This document shows positions 35,725 to 37,894 of a DNA stretch of 37,894 bases, piece by piece. The DNA is from Deltaproteobacteria bacterium TL4. Lineage in GTDB: Bacteria; SAR324; NAC60-12. The notes beneath the pieces are model-generated. The model was not told the origin of the DNA, did no database searches, and saw only the letters and a list, made by a program, of their open reading frames with translations. Positions within the stretch are counted from its first letter, which is position 1, and each line of letters starts with the position of its first letter. A program made the position numbers and the translations under genes. Location of the stretch: assembly GCA_051382335.1 (NCBI GenBank), contig JBBCAX010000285.1, forward strand, positions 1-37,894, written 5' to 3'.

Positions 35725-36844
35725 GGATTTAAACACAAAAAACACGAAAAGCATGAAACACAAACCCTATCCCCAATATAAACCCTCCGGCGTGGAATGG
35801 CTGGGGGAGGTGCCGGAACATTGGATACAAAAAAGATTCAAATATGCTGTTTGGCTTTCAAGAGGAGTAGATCTTCCAATAGAAGAACTCATAGATGGCA
35901 ATTACCCAGTTTTCGGCTCAAATGGGATTATTGGATTTCACAATCAATTTACAACAAGAGGACCCTGCGTCGTTGTTGGTCGTAGCGGTAGTGTCGGAGA
36001 AGTTAATTATGTTGAAGAAGATTTTTGGGCACATAATACCGCATTATTTATTCAACACTTTAAAGGGTCTATTCCTAGATTTTCATATTATCTGCTTCTT
36101 GTTATTGACCTAAAAAGTTTAAGTGCTGGAAGTGCAGTTGGGACATTGAATAGGAATTATATTCATGATGTAGCAATTTCTCTCCCCCCACTCCCCGAAC
36201 AGCAAGCCATCGCCGCTTTTCTCGACCGTGAGACGGGGCGCATTGATTCACTCATTGCCAAAAAACAGCGACTCTTGAAACTGCTGGCGGAACAACGCAC
36301 GGCGCTCATTTCCCGTGCTGTCACCAAGGGGCTGGATGCAACGGTCAGGCTGAAACCCTCCGGCGTGGAATGGCTGGGGGATATACCGGAGCATTGGGAG
36401 ATTTGGAAACTTGCCCATTTGACGACACGCATAGGTAGTGGCAAAACCCCAACAGGTGGAGCAGATGTATACCAGAGTGAAGGTGTTTTATTTTTACGAA
36501 GCCAGAACGTTTATGATGATGGTTTGTATTTAGATGATGTTGTTCATATTGACGAAAAAATCGATGAAGAAATGGCATGGTCAAGAGTAAAAGAAAAAGA
36601 TATTTTATTGAATATAACGGGAGCATCGCTAGGGCGTACTTGCATTACACCATTGGGATTAGCTCGTGCAAATGTAAATCAGCATGTTTGTGTGATACGC
36701 ATTAAGAGAAAAGAATTTTCTGAATATGTCGCATTGTATTTGAAAAGCAAACCTGCAAAATCATTTTATGATTATGTTCAAACAGGTTCCGCTCGCGAAG
36801 GGTTGAACTTTGAGCAAATTGGAGCATTCCCAGTCCCTCTCCCC
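35717..36844 (+). pseudogene. hsdS: Type I R-M specificity subunit truncated by ISAs1
   Basis: YKPSGVEWLG..P.HW twice, central PPLPEQQAIAAFLD helix and two TRDs. Cut at PVPLP just before the final conserved helix; the frame runs on into the IS to 36898. Confidence 0.92.
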
Positions 36845-37466
36845 CAGGGCTGTTCACTTCTAATTGGCGTAATTTATGCCGATACCTTTATAATTTAAGA
36901 TTCTTTCCATATCCAGCGCATTTTCAAATAGTTCTTTGCTAATATTTTTTACGTTATTCGCCCTCATAATATTCAGCGCGAAACTTTTTAATCTTGCCAT
37001 AATCCCTGGATTTTTCCGAATTCTAGATGCGTCTTCCCCCATGCTGACATCTTTGGGATAATGATTTTTATTTTCAATGCCCCAGTGATTACGAATAATG
37101 GAGCAAAATTGAATCACGTCTAAAACAGTGGTCGCAATATAAAAAGAGGTTTCTTCTTCATGTTTCCAGGTTTTAGTTTTAGTCTCAAAAATGTCTCTGA
37201 CGCGGTCAACTTTTATAATGGCTTCCACCAAATCCCATTTTTCAGAATCAGAAAGAGAAAATTCTTCAAAAACTTCGAAATTTCTGATTTCAATACGGTT
37301 TCTATTTTTTTCTATAGGAGCGTGATACACCTGATTGGCTGTCGAATTTTTTGTTATCATTTGAATATCTTTTAACAAAGCGGGTTGATTCTCTTTGACT
37401 TGAACAATCACGTCATTGTTGTTGTTTTTGGCGATTTCAAGAGTTTTTTTTTGCAATGCATAGCAT
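36845..37466 (-). mobile_element. ISAs1-family element, 3' part (transposase frame 36860-37456)
   Basis: End CAGGGCTGTTCA at 36845; VKENQP.L, IRNHWGIENK.H..KDV..GED.SRIR motifs; AMHC/QKKT split across an A9 run. Confidence 0.92.
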
Positions 37467-37894
37467 GAGTCTACTCCGAAAAGTACGACAATTAACTATC
37501 TGAAATAATTGTTAATTTTGCGAAATACTATCTTGACTGCGAGAAATATATTCAGTATATGCTGAGTATGAATTGTTCATTGATACTCTCTTTTTCAACA
37601 ATAGGTGTGCTGTATGTTTCGCAAAAGTGGACTCAGTCAACAGGAAGACTTTTTTGGTAGTTTTGATTTTAACTTCAGTTCTCGTAAAGGTCGTCAACTG
37701 AATGATTCGAGTAGCTGGTGGAATCGTTTTTACGAATATGTCACCTGCAAAATTGATGAAGTCTTATTTTCAGCGCTATTTTCTGAAGCAATGGGACGCC
37801 CTAATGCTCCGGTTCGTATTCTTGTAGCCATGATGATCTTAAAAGAAGGTTTTGGCTGGAGTGATGGCAAACTCTTTGAGGAGTGTGAATTCAA
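37467..37894 (+). mobile_element. Second IS (IS5/IS1182-like) inserted in the ISAs1; runs off the window
   Basis: ISAs1 similarity stops at ~37466, followed by a TIR-like GAGTCTACTCCGAAAAGT; the exact boundary is approximate. Confidence 0.7.
37614..37894 (+). CDS. Transposase N-terminus (DUF772-like), partial
   Basis: MFRKSGLSQQEDFFG...WWNRFYEYVTCKIDEVLFSALFSEAMGRPNAPVRILVAMMILKEGFGWSDGKLFE, open to the window edge; absent from the ORF track. Confidence 0.85.
   Translation, partial: MFRKSGLSQQEDFFGSFDFNFSSRKGRQLNDSSSWWNRFYEYVTCKIDEVLFSALFSEAMGRPNAPVRILVAMMILKEGFGWSDGKLFEECEF

Noticed and set aside
34693..36381. Invertible hsdS shufflon or DGR template/variable repeat pair
   Set aside because: The repeats are direct, not inverted. 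No recombinase or reverse transcriptase is in the window, and the mismatches are not confined to adenines.
36845..36898. Intact hsdS C-terminus QGCSLLIGVIYADTFII
   Set aside because: This is read-through into the ISAs1 end, not the conserved HsdS helix.

Overview
Bacterial chromosomal window; the gene content and style suggest a delta-proteobacterial-type lineage such as SAR324, which is inference only. Order: (i) a decayed repeat/IS patch (1-770). (ii) Housekeeping genes: an NMO/FabK-FabX-family flavoprotein, fabI, folB, psd, ftsH, a hidden modB relic, trxA and truA. (iii) A ~14.5 kb signalling region (8160-22654). It combines a partner-switching/c-di-GMP cascade (PAS-PAS kinase, REC-RsbW-like kinase, PP2C phosphatase, STAS, hybrid kinase, REC-GGDEF) with three large unknown proteins, one apparently built from tandem degenerate receiver domains, and two further STAS proteins. 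(iv) queA, an orphan fliN carrying five copies of the CheY-binding EIDALL motif, an NHL lipoprotein, scpA, an unusually long GspD secretin (six N-repeats) and ispD. (v) A decaying type I R-M locus. hsdM has an early CCC-TAA frameshift. Two accessory genes (DUF1016/YhcG, Bro-N) are separated by duplicated hsdS 5' junctions and carry in-frame perfect palindromes. hsdS is cut by an ISAs1 that is itself interrupted by a second IS. The intergenic DNA holds several MITEs with distinct target-site duplications (TA, TTA, 7 bp, 8 bp), each enclosing a REP-like or short-repeat core. No tRNA, rRNA or CRISPR array was seen. All calls were made by eye; no searches were run.
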